Shown here: positions 13,511 through 26,995 of the stretch, one piece after another
Numbering within the stretch: the first letter of the stretch is position 1
Layout of the letters: every line of letters starts with the position of its first letter
Assembly: GCA_951406725.2 (NCBI GenBank)
Contig: OX597828.1
Location: forward strand, 17,670,001-17,734,000
DNA from: Octopus vulgaris
Taxonomy: Eukaryota
DNA: 64,000 bases
Direction: 5' to 3'
Notes under the pieces: generated by a model
The model's input: only the letters and a program-made list of their open reading frames with translations
Told to the model about the DNA's origin: nothing
Databases searched by the model: none
Program-made: the position numbers and the translations under genes

Positions 13511-13724
13511 ACTCTTTACTCTTTACTTCTTTCAGTCATTTGACTGTGGCCATGCTATAGCACCGCCTTTAGTCGAGCAAATTGACCCCAGGACTTATTC
13601 TTTGTAAGCGTAGTTCTTATTCTATCGGTCTATTTTGCCGAACCGCTAAGTTACAGGTTTGTAAACACACCAGCATCGGCAGTCGAGCGATGTTGGGGAG
13701 ACAAACACAGACACACAAACATAT

Positions 13725-13777
<53 letters not shown>

Positions 13778-13942
13778 TATGACGGGGTTCTTTCAGTGCC
13801 CGTCTCCCAAATCCACTCACAAGGTTTTGGTCGGCTTGAGACAATAGTAGAAGAAACTTACCCAAAGTGCCACTCAGAGGGACTGAACCCGGAACCATGT
13901 AGTTCGTAAGCAAGCTACTTACCACACAACCACTCCTACGCC
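13511..13942 (-). mobile_element. tRNA-SINE family A, full length
   Basis: Reverse complement of 15225-15620, with tRNA-like head, internal (TA)/(TG) tract and short tandem tail. Confidence 0.9.
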
Positions 13943-14787
13943 TATATCTATATGTATGAATGTGTGTGTGTGTATGTATGTGAATGTGTGTATTTAAATA
14001 TATAATTATTTAGGTATAATTGTAATTAAGAGTACTGAAGTAACAGCACCTATATGCTAGAGATGACGTCCAATGACTATAAACCACTTTGAATTTGCAC
14101 TCCATTAGCACAAGTTTAAATGCGAGGAAAATGAATAGAATGAGTTTGTAAAATTAATATGGTTAACCCTAAAACTTCAGATTTCTGGTTTAGTAATAAA
14201 CACTCTACGTGGTATACCGAACGTACATAAATGAGAATGCATATACATACCCATAGAAATAGACCCGTATAAATACGAATACATGCATATTTTTACGCCT
14301 ATATACGAAGCTAAATACTATTATTGATCTCAACCACATGCGTATTTGATCAGAATAATACCGCAGTAAACATAATAACCTGAGTGTATGAATATGCATG
14401 TATACATAATTAAGGATGAAATCATCTAAATTTAATGATCTTAGTTAATGATATATGTATGCATGTATATATATATATACATATGATAAATATATATATG
14501 CATATATACATATACATATATATGTATGTATGTCTATATATGTATATACATATATATACATACATACATATATATGTATATGTATATATATGCATATATA
14601 CATATACATATATATGTATGTATGTCTATATATGTATATACATATATATACATATATATATATACATATACTTATTAACATAGGTATATATATATATATA
14701 TGTATGTAATATATATGTATATGAGTTAATATATATGTATACAGAGAGAGGAAGAGAGAGAGAGAAAGCGATTGACGCAAGGGAGAA

Positions 14788-14940
14788 TATGTGGCAAAAT
14801 GTTTGCTTCCCAACCACATGGTTCCGGGTTCAGTCCCACTGCGTGATACATCGGGCGAGTACCTTCTAGTATTCCCTTGGGCTGACCAAATCGTTGTGAA
14901 TAGATTTGATAAACAGAAACTGAAAGAAGCCCATCGTGTA
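14788..14940 (+). mobile_element. tRNA-SINE family A, 5' half
   Basis: caaccacatggttccgggttcagtcccactgcgtg...aaactgaaagaagccc. Confidence 0.8.
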
Positions 14941-15224
14941 TATTTTTTTCTTTTTTTTTTTTTTTGTTTCAGAGCTGCGGCCATGCTGATATATGTATAG
15001 ATGTATAAATGCTGATATATGTATAAATGCATGTGCGAATGTATGTGTGTGGCGGAGGTGGGGCGCGGTCTTTGTAAATGTGTTTTAACACAGCCCCTGT
15101 TGACAATAAATGTTGGTGTGTTACGTCCTTTTGAAATTTTGGATAAATCTAAAACTGAAATTTAGAGCTAATCTGAAAGGAATTACGAAGAAAAAATGTT
15201 TGAAATTTACGCATTTAAAGTATT

Positions 15225-15620
15225 GTGCAGGAGTGGCTGTGTGGTAAGTAGCTTGCTAACCAACCACATGGTTCCGGGTTCAGTCCCACTGCGTGGCATC
15301 TTGGGCAAGTGTCTTCTGCTATAGCCTCGGGCCGACCAATGCCTTGTGAGTGGATTTGGTAGACGGAAACTGAAAGAAGCCTGTCGTATATATGTATATA
15401 TATATATGTGTGTGTGTATGTGTTTGTCCCTCTAGCATTGCTTGACAACCGATGCTGGTGTGTTTACGTCCCCGTCACATAGCGGTTCGGCAAAAGAGAC
15501 CGATAGAATAAGTACTGGGCTTACAAAGAATAAGTCCCGGGCTCGATTTGCTCGACTTAAGGCGGTGCTCCAGCATGGCCGCAGTCAAATGACTGACACA
15601 AGTAAAAGAGTAAAAGAGTA
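15225..15620 (+). mobile_element. tRNA-SINE family A, full length
   Basis: A-box-like tggctgtgtgg, B-box-like ggttcagtcc, conserved body and (TAAAAGAG)n tail. More than 12 homologous copies or fragments occur in the window. Confidence 0.92.
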
Positions 15621-17146
15621 CTTACTTTGAAATTCTCACAATACCTACTTAGCCGTCGTCATGCATAGCACTATGTCATTCTTTTCAGAAATCATCAGCT
15701 GTTATAAGCATTAACTTATGAATTAAACGGTATTTTACGATATGAGACATTGCAATAAAGGTGGAAACACGTGCCGTATAGAACAAATTCATCAAACAGC
15801 TTTGTTCCTTTTCTACACAGAAGGTTATTAGTTTAGGAATGAAGAGCAAAAAAAAAAAAGAATCCTTTTTTAATTCTTACATACTCAATAATAGCTTACT
15901 CTAGCGGAATTGTACTGTGACAAAATGTTTTATAGTAGCAAATAATTTCAGTTTTAGCAGGAAACAACCCCAAAAACTATTTCCGATATATTCATTGAAG
16001 GTGTGGACTATTGTTTCAAGTTCTTATTTCTTATTTGTAATCAGCTGCGTTATTGAACTAGCCCCTATTCAAAACTATTGATCAACGTCAATAGTTTAAA
16101 ATGAAATCTTGTGAAATCAAAATTGGACTCTTTTAAATGCAGGTAATTTTTCTAGTTATGACAGCTAATACAGGGGAGATAATCCTTTCTTCATTGCATA
16201 AAGCGTGACTGGAAATATTAATTTGAAATTAAAGGAATTCTAAAAATGATACATTGCTGATAACTGTATCCTTCGCTGTACCCAATCATATCAAATGACT
16301 GAGCATCAGATTACTTCATTAGAACTTATAGCCTACAATCTCTTCGAGTCTATGAATATATGACTTTTGCAAATATAATGAATCTAAAAGATTTGATATT
16401 CACCTCAAGTTAGTGAGAATCTTTGCTGTGGTACAGCAGCTGTCTTTGGCAAATATGGGACCGAAGTACAGATGTGTGAGGAGAATTATAAGAAAATATG
16501 GAGAAATGAATATAGAAAAGTGTATTTACAAATTGGTATCGCAAGAATATGGAAGAAAATGAATTAAGTTATACGGAGAGTTGTAAAAAGTGATTAGGGG
16601 AATAAGGATAAGTGACTGAGTAAGGTCGTAGCAGTAACTAAAGAGATACTAAAGCTTAGAGGAATTAAAGATTTTGTAGACACGAGAAAGTTTACAAAGA
16701 CAATTTTCATTCATAAAATTAAATAGCATTGTATGCATCTTACTTAATGTAAATAAGCCATTGAAAGGCAATTTATTGCGGTATTCATCCATAGAAAATA
16801 TGAACCAGCGGTAAACGAAAATCTTCCCAGCGTCAGATGCATTTCAAGCATTTATATTCATTATATACACAGAGGTTATTTCGATTTAATACTGCTTTTA
16901 TTACATTTACCGGATTTTTTAAAGCTGGGCGGTTATTCATAATGTCGGTGAATAACACTTCCATTTTCCTACACATAAGTGCGACAAATCAAGTTTAAGC
17001 ATTTGGTTGCATGCGAGTACACGTCATTGGTAGGTCACAAGTTCTAAATTCACCTGGTACTCTCGCTAGCATCTCCCGGGAAAATTTTCGCCTCCTTCTA
17101 ATATATTATCAATTTCAAAATACAGCATGTCCATTATGTATGTATG

Positions 17147-17203
<57 letters not shown>

Positions 17204-17289
17204 CATACGTACATATATACATACATATGCATACATATGCATACATATATGAATATATATACATATGTGTGTATGTATAAATGTATGAG

Positions 17290-17472
17290 TCGCCATGATT
17301 GACTGCTAAATCCGCAAAGATTTTAAAAATTTTCTCCGTTTATTTCCTTGTGTCCCTTTCTGTCGAAGAGCGTAGGCTCGAAAGGTAAAAGACTTCCTCA
17401 CATTCTCGAGCGTCAAGCTATTACACATGTTTGTTGTTTGTAGACCTATTTTCTTCTTTTGCTTTTATGAAA

Positions 17473-17480
<8 letters not shown>
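17290..17480 (+). mobile_element. pLTR-like family B copy with hammerhead-like motif (17356-17391)
   Basis: CUUU-CUGUCGA-AGAGC(GUAG)GCUC-GAAA-GG-UA-AAAG, flanked by (TA)n. Confidence 0.65.
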
Positions 17481-17549
<69 letters not shown>

Positions 17550-17664
17550 ACACATACATAGAAACATGCAACATATATATATATATGTATATGCATAAAT
17601 GAATATTCATATATATATATTCATTTATCTATATTTATACATAAATAGTCACATGTGTGTATGT

Positions 17665-17716
<52 letters not shown>

Positions 17717-17911
17717 TGTATGTATGTATTAATGTACGTATTTATGTATGTGTCAATGTATATGTATGTCTGTTGCTTCGATGACGCGCTTTCTCAGAAT
17801 TGTTGAACTATGGCGTATGATTTATCAAGTATAAAATCATGTATATATGTACATATAGATATAAGTACTCTTCACTGTGGGTATATGCGGGTGTCAGTAT
17901 GTATGCCTTTT

Positions 17912-17957
<46 letters not shown>

Positions 17958-17982
17958 ACTGTATGTACACACACACACACAT

Positions 17983-18022
<40 letters not shown>

Positions 18023-18167
18023 TCTGGAGAGTTCAATGCAAAAGTTAGAGGGAATCCCGTGTAATATGTAAGACACGCATACACATACTCGTACCCTCAT
18101 ATAGACATACACAACATACACACACAGTTCTCTTTGTATCTATTAATCTATTTATTTATCCATTTCA

Positions 18168-18218
<51 letters not shown>

Positions 18219-18316
18219 GGGGAGAGAGGAAAAGAGATAGGTATATATATATATATATACATACATATATATATACATATATACACACATATATATATAT
18301 ATACATATATATATAC

Positions 18317-18427
<111 letters not shown>

Positions 18428-19416
18428 TAAATATATACATATGTATACATATATATATGTAAATATAGATATGTATGCATGTGTGTTTGTGTGTATATAC
18501 CTTTAGAAGAGATCAATGCAAAAATTAGAGCTAATTGTATGTAATTTTTTTAGACACGCATACACATATCCACAGGGTCATACATACACGCACATACACA
18601 CTAACACACATGTATATGCATGTTTGTGTTTGAGTCGGTAATTTGGAACCAAATCCGTGTGCATTTTTGCTGTTTCTTTTGCAGCCATGGAAATTTTGTA
18701 TTTTGGCATAGTATGGCATGTTGCATAACTCATTATTTTATGGATTCATTTTAGAACCATCCACAGCATCCAATAACCGTTACAAAAGGCATCTTTTGGC
18801 AAAATATCAAATAGAAAATCACAGCATAACAAGAAACCCTTCTTGCGATTATCAATACACGGAAATCGTGCTGGTAGCAATGCTGGATCTTCGTAAGAAT
18901 GGTGCTTTGAAAGAATGGTTAGAGCTTTGGAAATTTAGTTACGTACCTCTATGAGCTGAGTTCAAGTGCTGCTCAGATTAACTTTGCTTTGTACTTTTTT
19001 ATGTGGTATTATTAAGAGTAGGATTAGGAAATACTGGCTTCGTCCAAATCTTTTGATAAAAAAATAACTGGCGGAAACTGTGAAGAATCCTTCGACGTAT
19101 ATATGTATAGTTATGGTATATTCTGTTAAGAATGTAGAGTACAGAATGAAGCTTAGATTTCACATTTAAATTTCATCCTCTGCTATCCAGTAGTAGTATT
19201 ATACGTACTTCCAGGTTTGCGGTTGGGCATCTGTCGTGTGAGAATAGATAATTGAAAAAATATATAGAGTCAATAAGAAGGCGTACTGTTGGACATTCAT
19301 TTTCAATCACTACAACTGCTTCTCCGGGTACTTTATTATGCAACGGATCTAGTTGCGTTTACTCAGGCGATATGTAAATATTGTCTACGTAAGTTCAAAT
19401 TCTCGGTTTCAAGAAC

Positions 19417-19842
19417 ATGACAGAGAAAGTTTCCATGGTGATACCTGCTCAGAAGCCTACTCAGAGTTGCAGAAACTGTATGGAGAGGAGAGTATGAGCT
19501 GCACACAAGTGTACGAATAGTTCAGACAATTCCAAGACGGGTGAAAAAAAATATCGATATTGACGAACGTTCTGGGAAACACACAACCTGCAGAACTGAG
19601 ATCAACATCGCCGATGTGTGTGCAGCTGTGAAGATAAATCCTGGAATCACCATCCGTGAGTTATCAGAGGATGTTCAGATTAGTTACGGTTTATTTCAGT
19701 CCATCATCACTGAAGACTTGGGTATGAGACGTGTGTCTGCCAAGTTCGTGCCAAAACTGCTTTGAAGCTCACCAAAATGACACACGGGTTTCAGTTGCAC
19801 AATATTTCCCTGATTGTGTCGGGAACGATGGAAACTTGTTTA
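19417..19842 (+). pseudogene. Mariner transposase N-terminal remnant
   Basis: MTEKV..ELQKLYGEESMS.TQVYE*FRQF.DG...DERSG...TIRELSEDVQISYG..QSIITEDLGMRRVSAKFVPKLL, with stops. Confidence 0.85.
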
Positions 19843-20120
19843 AAATTTGCGTGGGCGTCTGAGTAGGATCGTCTAGTTTTGGGCAAAATTTGATGCTGAT
19901 TCTCTGCTCAACTTTCTCTGTCATGCTCAATGCGACGATCACAAGCCACACACGTTCCTTCCAAGCACTGCTGTAATCAACAGAAATGAGGTAGAACGTT
20001 ATAACTTAGTGTGTATGCACAAAAGGGTTCAAGGTAAAACTGTACCAAGCGGCTTTACTCTGCGTGCTTTAGCATAGTTACTGCCATGACAGTCCATATA
20101 CGTATTGATGAGACCCATAC
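19838..20120 (-). mobile_element. Second mariner 5' end (leader plus MTEKVEQRISIKFC), inverted relative to the first
   Basis: ORF 19769-19951(-) contains MTEKVEQRISIKFC and shares catgacagagaaagtt with 19416. Confidence 0.75.
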
Positions 20121-20129
20121 ATATTTTCA

Positions 20130-20432
20130 AACATGTTTGTTCCTTCTCGAACCACGTCTGGCTCATAACGGCCAGTTTCTAGGTTTCCTTGGCGTATAGG
20201 TTCCCCACCTGGACGCCGGTCCATCGCAAATGATCTGCAAGATGCAAGTGGAAAGAGTGAGAGAAATTTGTGGCGAAAGAGTCAGCAGAAGTTCGCCATT
20301 ACCTTCTGCTGGAGCCGCGCGGAGCTTAGGTGTTTCGCTCATAAATACACACATCACCCGGTCTGAGATTCGAACCCGCGATCCCACGACCACGAGACTG
20401 CTGCTCTAACCACTAGGCCATGTGCTTCCACT
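20130..20432 (-). mobile_element. tRNA-derived SINE family C (V-domain-like body)
   Basis: The minus strand has a clear A box TGGCCTAGTGG and B box GGTTCGAATC. The body contains gcgatggaccggcgtccagg, similar to the V-SINE domain. Confidence 0.75.
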
Positions 20433-20689
20433 ATTTTCATGCATACATATACATATTTACATACACAGACACCACATACAGAATAGATCACTTATCCATA
20501 TTTCAGTAATTCACCTTCTTATTTATTTCATGGGAAACTGTAGAACGCCATTCAGTGAAATTTTTATCCAATCTACCTGTCATGACTGTAAAATCCATCA
20601 CAGTTTGTTAAAGAGTAAAGTATTTGAGTATTTGCGTAATATTGTTTCTACCGCTTGTTATAATCTGATCAACATTTAGACAGTACATG

Positions 20690-21170
20690 CAGCTGAAAGA
20701 TATAATAAAAGAAGATGCCGGAATGACAATGGCAAATACGATAAAGCAAGACGGAAAATTAGATGTCAACGTCTTGTCTCACTGCTGAAAAGCACATCAC
20801 TATCGCAATGGCAGTAGATTCGCTAGAATCTTAGCCTTTGTAGTGGTGTCAATGACACTACTGAAGCTACAATAGTATGAAGCGAAATATAGCAAAAAGA
20901 ACAGTAAATGGACGTGAGATGCTAAATCATGTGTTGCCTCAGGCATTAATCAAGACAAGTAGGAAACTGTATCTATTGAGTGAGAGAGAAAAAGAGAGCA
21001 AGAAAGAATGTTGTTGGTTAACAGACAAGACAATGAGAAGCTTAGCAGTATTTACTAAATGCTACAAATTGAAGTGCGACAGGCACTTTCATCTACGACA
21101 CTTTTGCTTCATCGCAAATTGTAATAGAGCAAGATATAGTTTATGTTTCGCCCAGACCTAAAAAACTTAA
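20690..21170 (+). pseudogene. Possible degenerate piggyBac transposase 3' end
   Basis: Frame-shifted YNK...MAV/FARIL/SGVN and a Cys/His-rich terminus (KKECC...KCYKLKCDRHF...C...C) resemble a piggyBac C-terminus. Confidence 0.35.
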
Positions 21171-21341
21171 ATCAAATTGCAATATAGGTGTGTATGTATG
21201 TATATATATATATTCACTTCATGTATATATATATATATATATATATATATTGAATATATATAACATATATATCTAATATATATTTATATATATTCACTTT
21301 ATGTATATACATATATATACAATTTGTCTCCCTTCTTCATT

Positions 21342-21376
<35 letters not shown>

Positions 21377-21394
21377 TACGCATATATATATATG

Positions 21395-21486
<92 letters not shown>

Positions 21487-21849
21487 TATATGTGTGTGAG
21501 AGAGAAATGGAGAATGGAGACACGCACAAGATGTCATTTAAAGCATTTATATCACCGAAGTATGTTTCAATGGATACATTAATATTAAACAATTTCATCA
21601 AGGTGGAGGTTATAAATAACAGTGCACATTAATAAGCCATGTTTACAAATGTAAGAAATTATAATATATAATATATATATAAATAAAAGGCGGATAGAGA
21701 ACGCTAGTAATTTTTTAAATACTGTTAAAAGATTTGGCGTCATTAATAGGGTAGAGGAAGAGAAAGAAGGAAGACGGAAAATTAAATAAGAAATGGAAGC
21801 CCGAGTAAATAGAAAAGAGAATGAAAAATGGATAGAAACGATAAAGGAA

Positions 21850-22470
21850 AGAATGGTACGTGTGGATTGAAAATAATAGAGTGAAAATTAGAGACGAAAT
21901 TGATGTAGTTTTAGTGACTAGAAAATCTATGATTAAATTTGGTAATAAATTTTGGGTACTAAAAGATAAACCTGATTGCTTCGATATAACAATGGGAGCA
22001 GCCTGTTCCGCCCAGGTCTCTGATCTGGTCGGTATTTATATTCTATCCGAAATGGCTGATCAATTTTCTTATGTCTTCGGTGGATAATATTGCGACGATG
22101 GGCTCCTTTACCTCCAAAATATCTCTAAGAAAAAACTACAAAATGTTAAAGATAATCTAGTTAAATTCTTCAATAATATGGGCTTAAGTATTACTTTTGA
22201 TGATGATAGAAAAAAGTTAAATTCCTGACCCTTACACTCAACCTAAGCACTGCTTTGTATTACCCTTACCATAAACTTTCAACCAATATAAAGTATATCA
22301 GAGTTGTAGTAACCATCCTGAAAATATAACAACAAATCTAATTAAAAACATATCGCTTAGACTCTCTTATTTATCAGCTAATGTAAACATTTATAATAAC
22401 ATTGCAGATTTCTATTGTCTATTTTTGTCAAAAGCAGGGTATAAGGAGCAAATTAAATATTACAACCTTC
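21850..22470 (+). pseudogene. Penelope-like element reverse transcriptase fragment
   Basis: CFDITMGAACSAQVSDLVGIYIL...GG*YCDDGLL...VKFFNNMGLSITF...KKLN..LTLNL...YYPYHK...SNHP resembles PLE RT (FDVTMGSYDGAEVCELVG, YRDDGL, SNHP). Contains stops and frameshifts. Confidence 0.85.
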
Positions 22471-23083
22471 TTGATCCTAGTTTAACCTCTAATAATTATG
22501 CTGATAGTATTTATGCTACTACTACCAATAATAATGTATCTTTCATAGGTAATAGTTCAAGCAATAATTTCTTGTATCGAAACATTAAAAAATCATAGTA
22601 GCTTTAAAATCATAGTCAGAATAAACAGTCTAAGGTGAGTGTGTGTGTATGGGGGGGGGGTTAACTATTCTTCTACACTTATATTTCAGTAGAAATAAAA
22701 ACAACACCAGATATTTTAGTGAGAAATTTTCCCATAGATAGCATAGCTCTATTAAAGCTAATTAGCTTGTTATTCCATATGGTAAACAAATTGAAAGTTT
22801 CTTAAAGCCATCGAAAGGAACATCCTTCAAAATTTGAGGTACCATTCATAAGGTATTGGAATCGTACATTGTGTATTAACTCTATATTTGGAAGGATCCA
22901 TTTTAAATTCTGTTGGATTTTACTCATAAGATATTGCAATCTTACATATATACCATTCTGCCCCCAAAATGGATCTACAGCTTCAAATTCCCTACATATC
23001 TTACCTCTATTTTCTGGCCTCCACCTCACTCTCTATTTTCTATCCTATGTAAACTAACTATTATTTAACCACCCTCTCACACC

Positions 23084-23135
23084 GTCTCTGATGAAGGGAT
23101 ATAATTAATAAATATCCTGGAAACAGCTGTAAGAC
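23084..23135 (+). ncRNA. Type I hammerhead ribozyme in the pLTR downstream of the Penelope RT
   Basis: GUCU-CUGAUGA-AGGGAUAU(AAUUAAUAA)AUAUCCUG-GAAA-CAGCUG-UA-AGAC: intact core, stem I GUCU/AGAC, palindromic stem III, GUA site. Confidence 0.88.
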
Positions 23136-23173
23136 CTTGTGTCTATTAATGTTCTAATATCTACACATACTTG

Positions 23174-23215
<42 letters not shown>

Positions 23216-24395
23216 CATACATACATACATACATGTATGTATGTATGTATGTATATGCATATAAATATATGTATACACACATACATACATACATACATAC
23301 ATACACATACAAACACACATATCACACACATTTCTTTGCTAATGTATATCAGTCAAATATTTGAAAAGAGTGAATATTGATAAATCGCTGTTTCCGAACG
23401 AGGATACCTTGTGATATTTATTTCATTGTAGTTATCAGAAATAAACCCTCTTCTCAATGACGAAGTAACAAAGGCAGTGCGCCACTTCTATGACGGTTCG
23501 AAAGCTATAACCAACAACACTATTATTTCCAAAATGCCAGGGGCCAGTAACCTGACTTCTGTACTTAATATAAATTCGCCTTCAGCAAATTATAGAGACT
23601 ATATGCACTTTTAATTAAAAGTCCTCAAGGATCATTTTTAAAAATATTAATACAAATATGTTCTTTTAAAAATGAATAGAAATAATCTTTTAATAATTTT
23701 ATCATGAGTCATATTACAACAGATTGTAGTATTTGTTGTCCCTAATCTTAATAAAACGTTGGCAGCATATATGCCTTTCAAATGATTACCATGTATGAAT
23801 ATGATTTTCAATGTGTTGACTTCAGTGTGATAAAAACCGAAAGCCCAAGACGGTAGGGGCTTTAAGTATGAAATTCACGAGGCATAATTAAATAGTAACA
23901 ACTATTTCAGTTTGATCCCCCACCGATTTTGTCCCTCCCTTGCATTCTTTATTTATCAACTAGATCTACGTATTATGAACCCGAGAAAATTCTAAGCATT
24001 ATAGATTATCTTACTCCAGTTTTGACGTATAAACTTATAAAACATCATACAATTGTTTCATTGTTTTAAAAGATTTTCATCAGCTCTGAGGTTCCTGTCC
24101 ATAGTTAAGGCTGTTTAAAGCATAACACCCGTACTTCATTCGTTGTGGAAGTAAATTCCATTATGAACTCGATTTCAGATAAATAACTAGTGGTGATTGT
24201 TTCAAGCGTAACAGTCGAACACACGAACGTCGCACAAGCGCAGTATTCGTGTAGTTTTCTAAAATATATACACGGTCAATAAATGATGAATATAGAAGTA
24301 GAAGTTCATTTAACTGAGTTTATCAAGAATCATTAAAATAACAACTGGCACACATATACACATACATCTGTTCTAGTCTAGCTTATATACATACA

Positions 24396-24454
<59 letters not shown>

Positions 24455-24458
<4 letters not shown>

Positions 24459-24645
24459 GGAAAGTTTACGAAAATAAACAAAAGATGAAGGCACGTGGTG
24501 TACAAACAAACTGATGCATCTGTAGAGCGCTCAGGAATAGAAAAGTCTTTTACGTTTCGAGCCTACGCTCTTCTACAGAAAGATACACAGAAAAAAACAA
24601 GGAGAGAAAAAATGTATGTAGTAGCTAACGATCTATCATGGCGTC
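24455..24645 (-). mobile_element. pLTR-like family B copy with hammerhead-like motif (24547-24582)
   Basis: Minus strand reads CUUU-CUGUAGA-AGAGC(GUAG)GCUC-GAAA-CG-UA-AAAG. Confidence 0.65.
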
Positions 24646-24655
24646 TATATATATA

Positions 24656-25056
24656 GGCGTAGGAGTGGCTGTGTGGTAAGTAGCTTGCTTACCAACCTCA
24701 TGGTTCCAGGTTCAGTCACACTGCGTGGCACCTTAGGCAAGTGGCTTCTACTAGGCCGACCAAAGCCTTGTGAGTGGATTTCGTAGACGGAAACTGAAAG
24801 AAACCCGTTGTATATATGTATATATATGTATGTGTGTCTTAATGTGTTTGTGTGTTTGTGTTTGTCCCCCAACGTCGCTTGACAATCGATGCTGTTTACG
24901 TCCCCGTAACTTAGCGGTTTGGCAAAAGAGACCAATAGAATAAGTACTAGGCTTACAAAGAATAAGTCCTGGGGTCGATTTGCTCGACTAAAGTCGGTGC
25001 TCCAGCATGCTCACAGTCAAAGGACTGAAACAAGGAGAAGAGTAACAGTAAAGAGT
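24656..25056 (+). mobile_element. tRNA-SINE family A, full length
   Basis: Colinear with 15225-15620. Confidence 0.9.
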
Positions 25057-25400
25057 ATATATATTTATATATATATATATATATAGTACAAATTAAGATA
25101 GGGGTTGTGAGGGTAACCCACTATGGTATATCAGTTATCCAATATACTGCAATATATATATATATATATATATAGTTATAGTTCGAGTTGTTCTCTTGTC
25201 TTGGCAAGAACAAAAATGACCATCCCGAAATATAACAATATTTGTTTCAACAGATAATTTTACATTACAAATCTGACAAAACAAATACACAGACATATAT
25301 CTACCTACCAACCTACCTACCTTCTATCTATCTATCTATCTATCTATCTAACTATCTTTATGTATGTATATATATATATGTATGTATATATATATGTATG

Positions 25401-25483
<83 letters not shown>

Positions 25484-26334
25484 ATAATCTGCTCTTTCGT
25501 TTCCCGGTTATACATTAGTTAGTTGGAGAAGTAGAGATGGAATGAGTAAGAAGTGGAGTAAGACTGAGAGAGGAAACAGTGAAGGAAGAAGGGAAGAAGT
25601 AGAGAAAGGTGATTAATACTAATACACTTAGGCCAAATGGTCATCTGGTCAGTTGAAGGTAAATGCGAAAAACGAGAGAAAAAGTGGGAGTGAGAAGTGT
25701 TAACGACGAGGGTGGGTTGGGGAAGAAATATGTATAACATGGTTATGATTAAAAAGTCAGCTGAAGGGGAAGGTAGATCGAAAGACAGGGGCAAGGGATG
25801 CAGTTATATTGAGAGAGAGAGGGAGATGGAAAGAGAGAGAGAGAGATGGAAAGAGAGAAAGAGAGATGGAAAGAGAGAGAGAAAGAGAGAGAGGATGATA
25901 GTAGTGGTGGTGATGATGTGTTAATATTGAAAAATATATATTTTTTTATTGAATCAATATTTATTTATAGTGACCATCGCATACGCATAAGTGTAAATAT
26001 TTATCGACGGCTCACTTAAAAAATTAATATTTGTTTAGAAGTTTTAATTTAGCCTAAAATCTGGATTCACACAGGAAACATAACAGCAGGAAAGGATGCG
26101 CGTATATAGAGAACATATCAGAGAGGGACAGAGAATAGATTTACTAAAAAGAGGAGTAAGACAACACTGACGAAGACGAAGAAAATTAATGTAGACGAAT
26201 GTCAAGATTATTTAAGAAAGCTAAATAATGAATGCTTCGAAAATGCATATTATCCTTTCTTTATTAAATAGGTCACCTTACGTTTTTCGACTCCGTGGAA
26301 TTTACACGGGTCCTATTAGTATATTAGAAAATTT

Positions 26335-26710
26335 ATATATTACCCACCTTGAATACTGTTGCCCACTGTGGTCTCCCCATCCGAAGCAACTCATTATGAA
26401 AGTGGAAGCAGTCCAGAGGTCAATAACAAGAAAGATAGACGCCAGAAAGATAGAAAGATAGAGGCATTGACAATTGCGGTCGACTAAAAAAATAACGCAA
26501 TCACTACTCTCTCTCTCTTACGCTGCCGTAATGTGTGATGTGGAAAAATCTTCCATCAATATTGCACACATAATGTAGGCATCAATTTTAAAATCCCTCC
26601 AAAATGTGGCCTCCGTGTAATCCGCCCACCAAAACATCGAACACAGGACATATAGCAACATTACGTCACAACAATTTTACCTCAACCAGTTCAGCTCTCT
26701 TTAATAGCAA
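26335..26710 (+). pseudogene. Degenerate CR1/L2-type LINE ORF2 C-terminal fragment
   Basis: HLEYCCPLWSPH...VEAVQRSITRKID...RLKK, with frameshifts. Confidence 0.75.
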
Positions 26711-26902
26711 ATTACATCAAGTTATCGAAATTATACGTATATATTCATATATAATAAACCTTTACATAAATAAGGTGAAATACACGAAGGGACGAACAAA
26801 AAAACAAACGGGTCATTCAAAGCCTTCATTCTTCAGTCAGAAACTGATCCCTCATCGCAGATTTCGGCTGTTTAATTCTGAGATCCGCTCTGAATCAGCC
26901 AG

Positions 26903-26991
<89 letters not shown>

Positions 26992-26995
<4 letters not shown>

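Noticed and set aside
20370-20432. tRNA gene
   Set aside because: A and B boxes are present, but there is no closed acceptor stem and the sequence continues into a SINE body.
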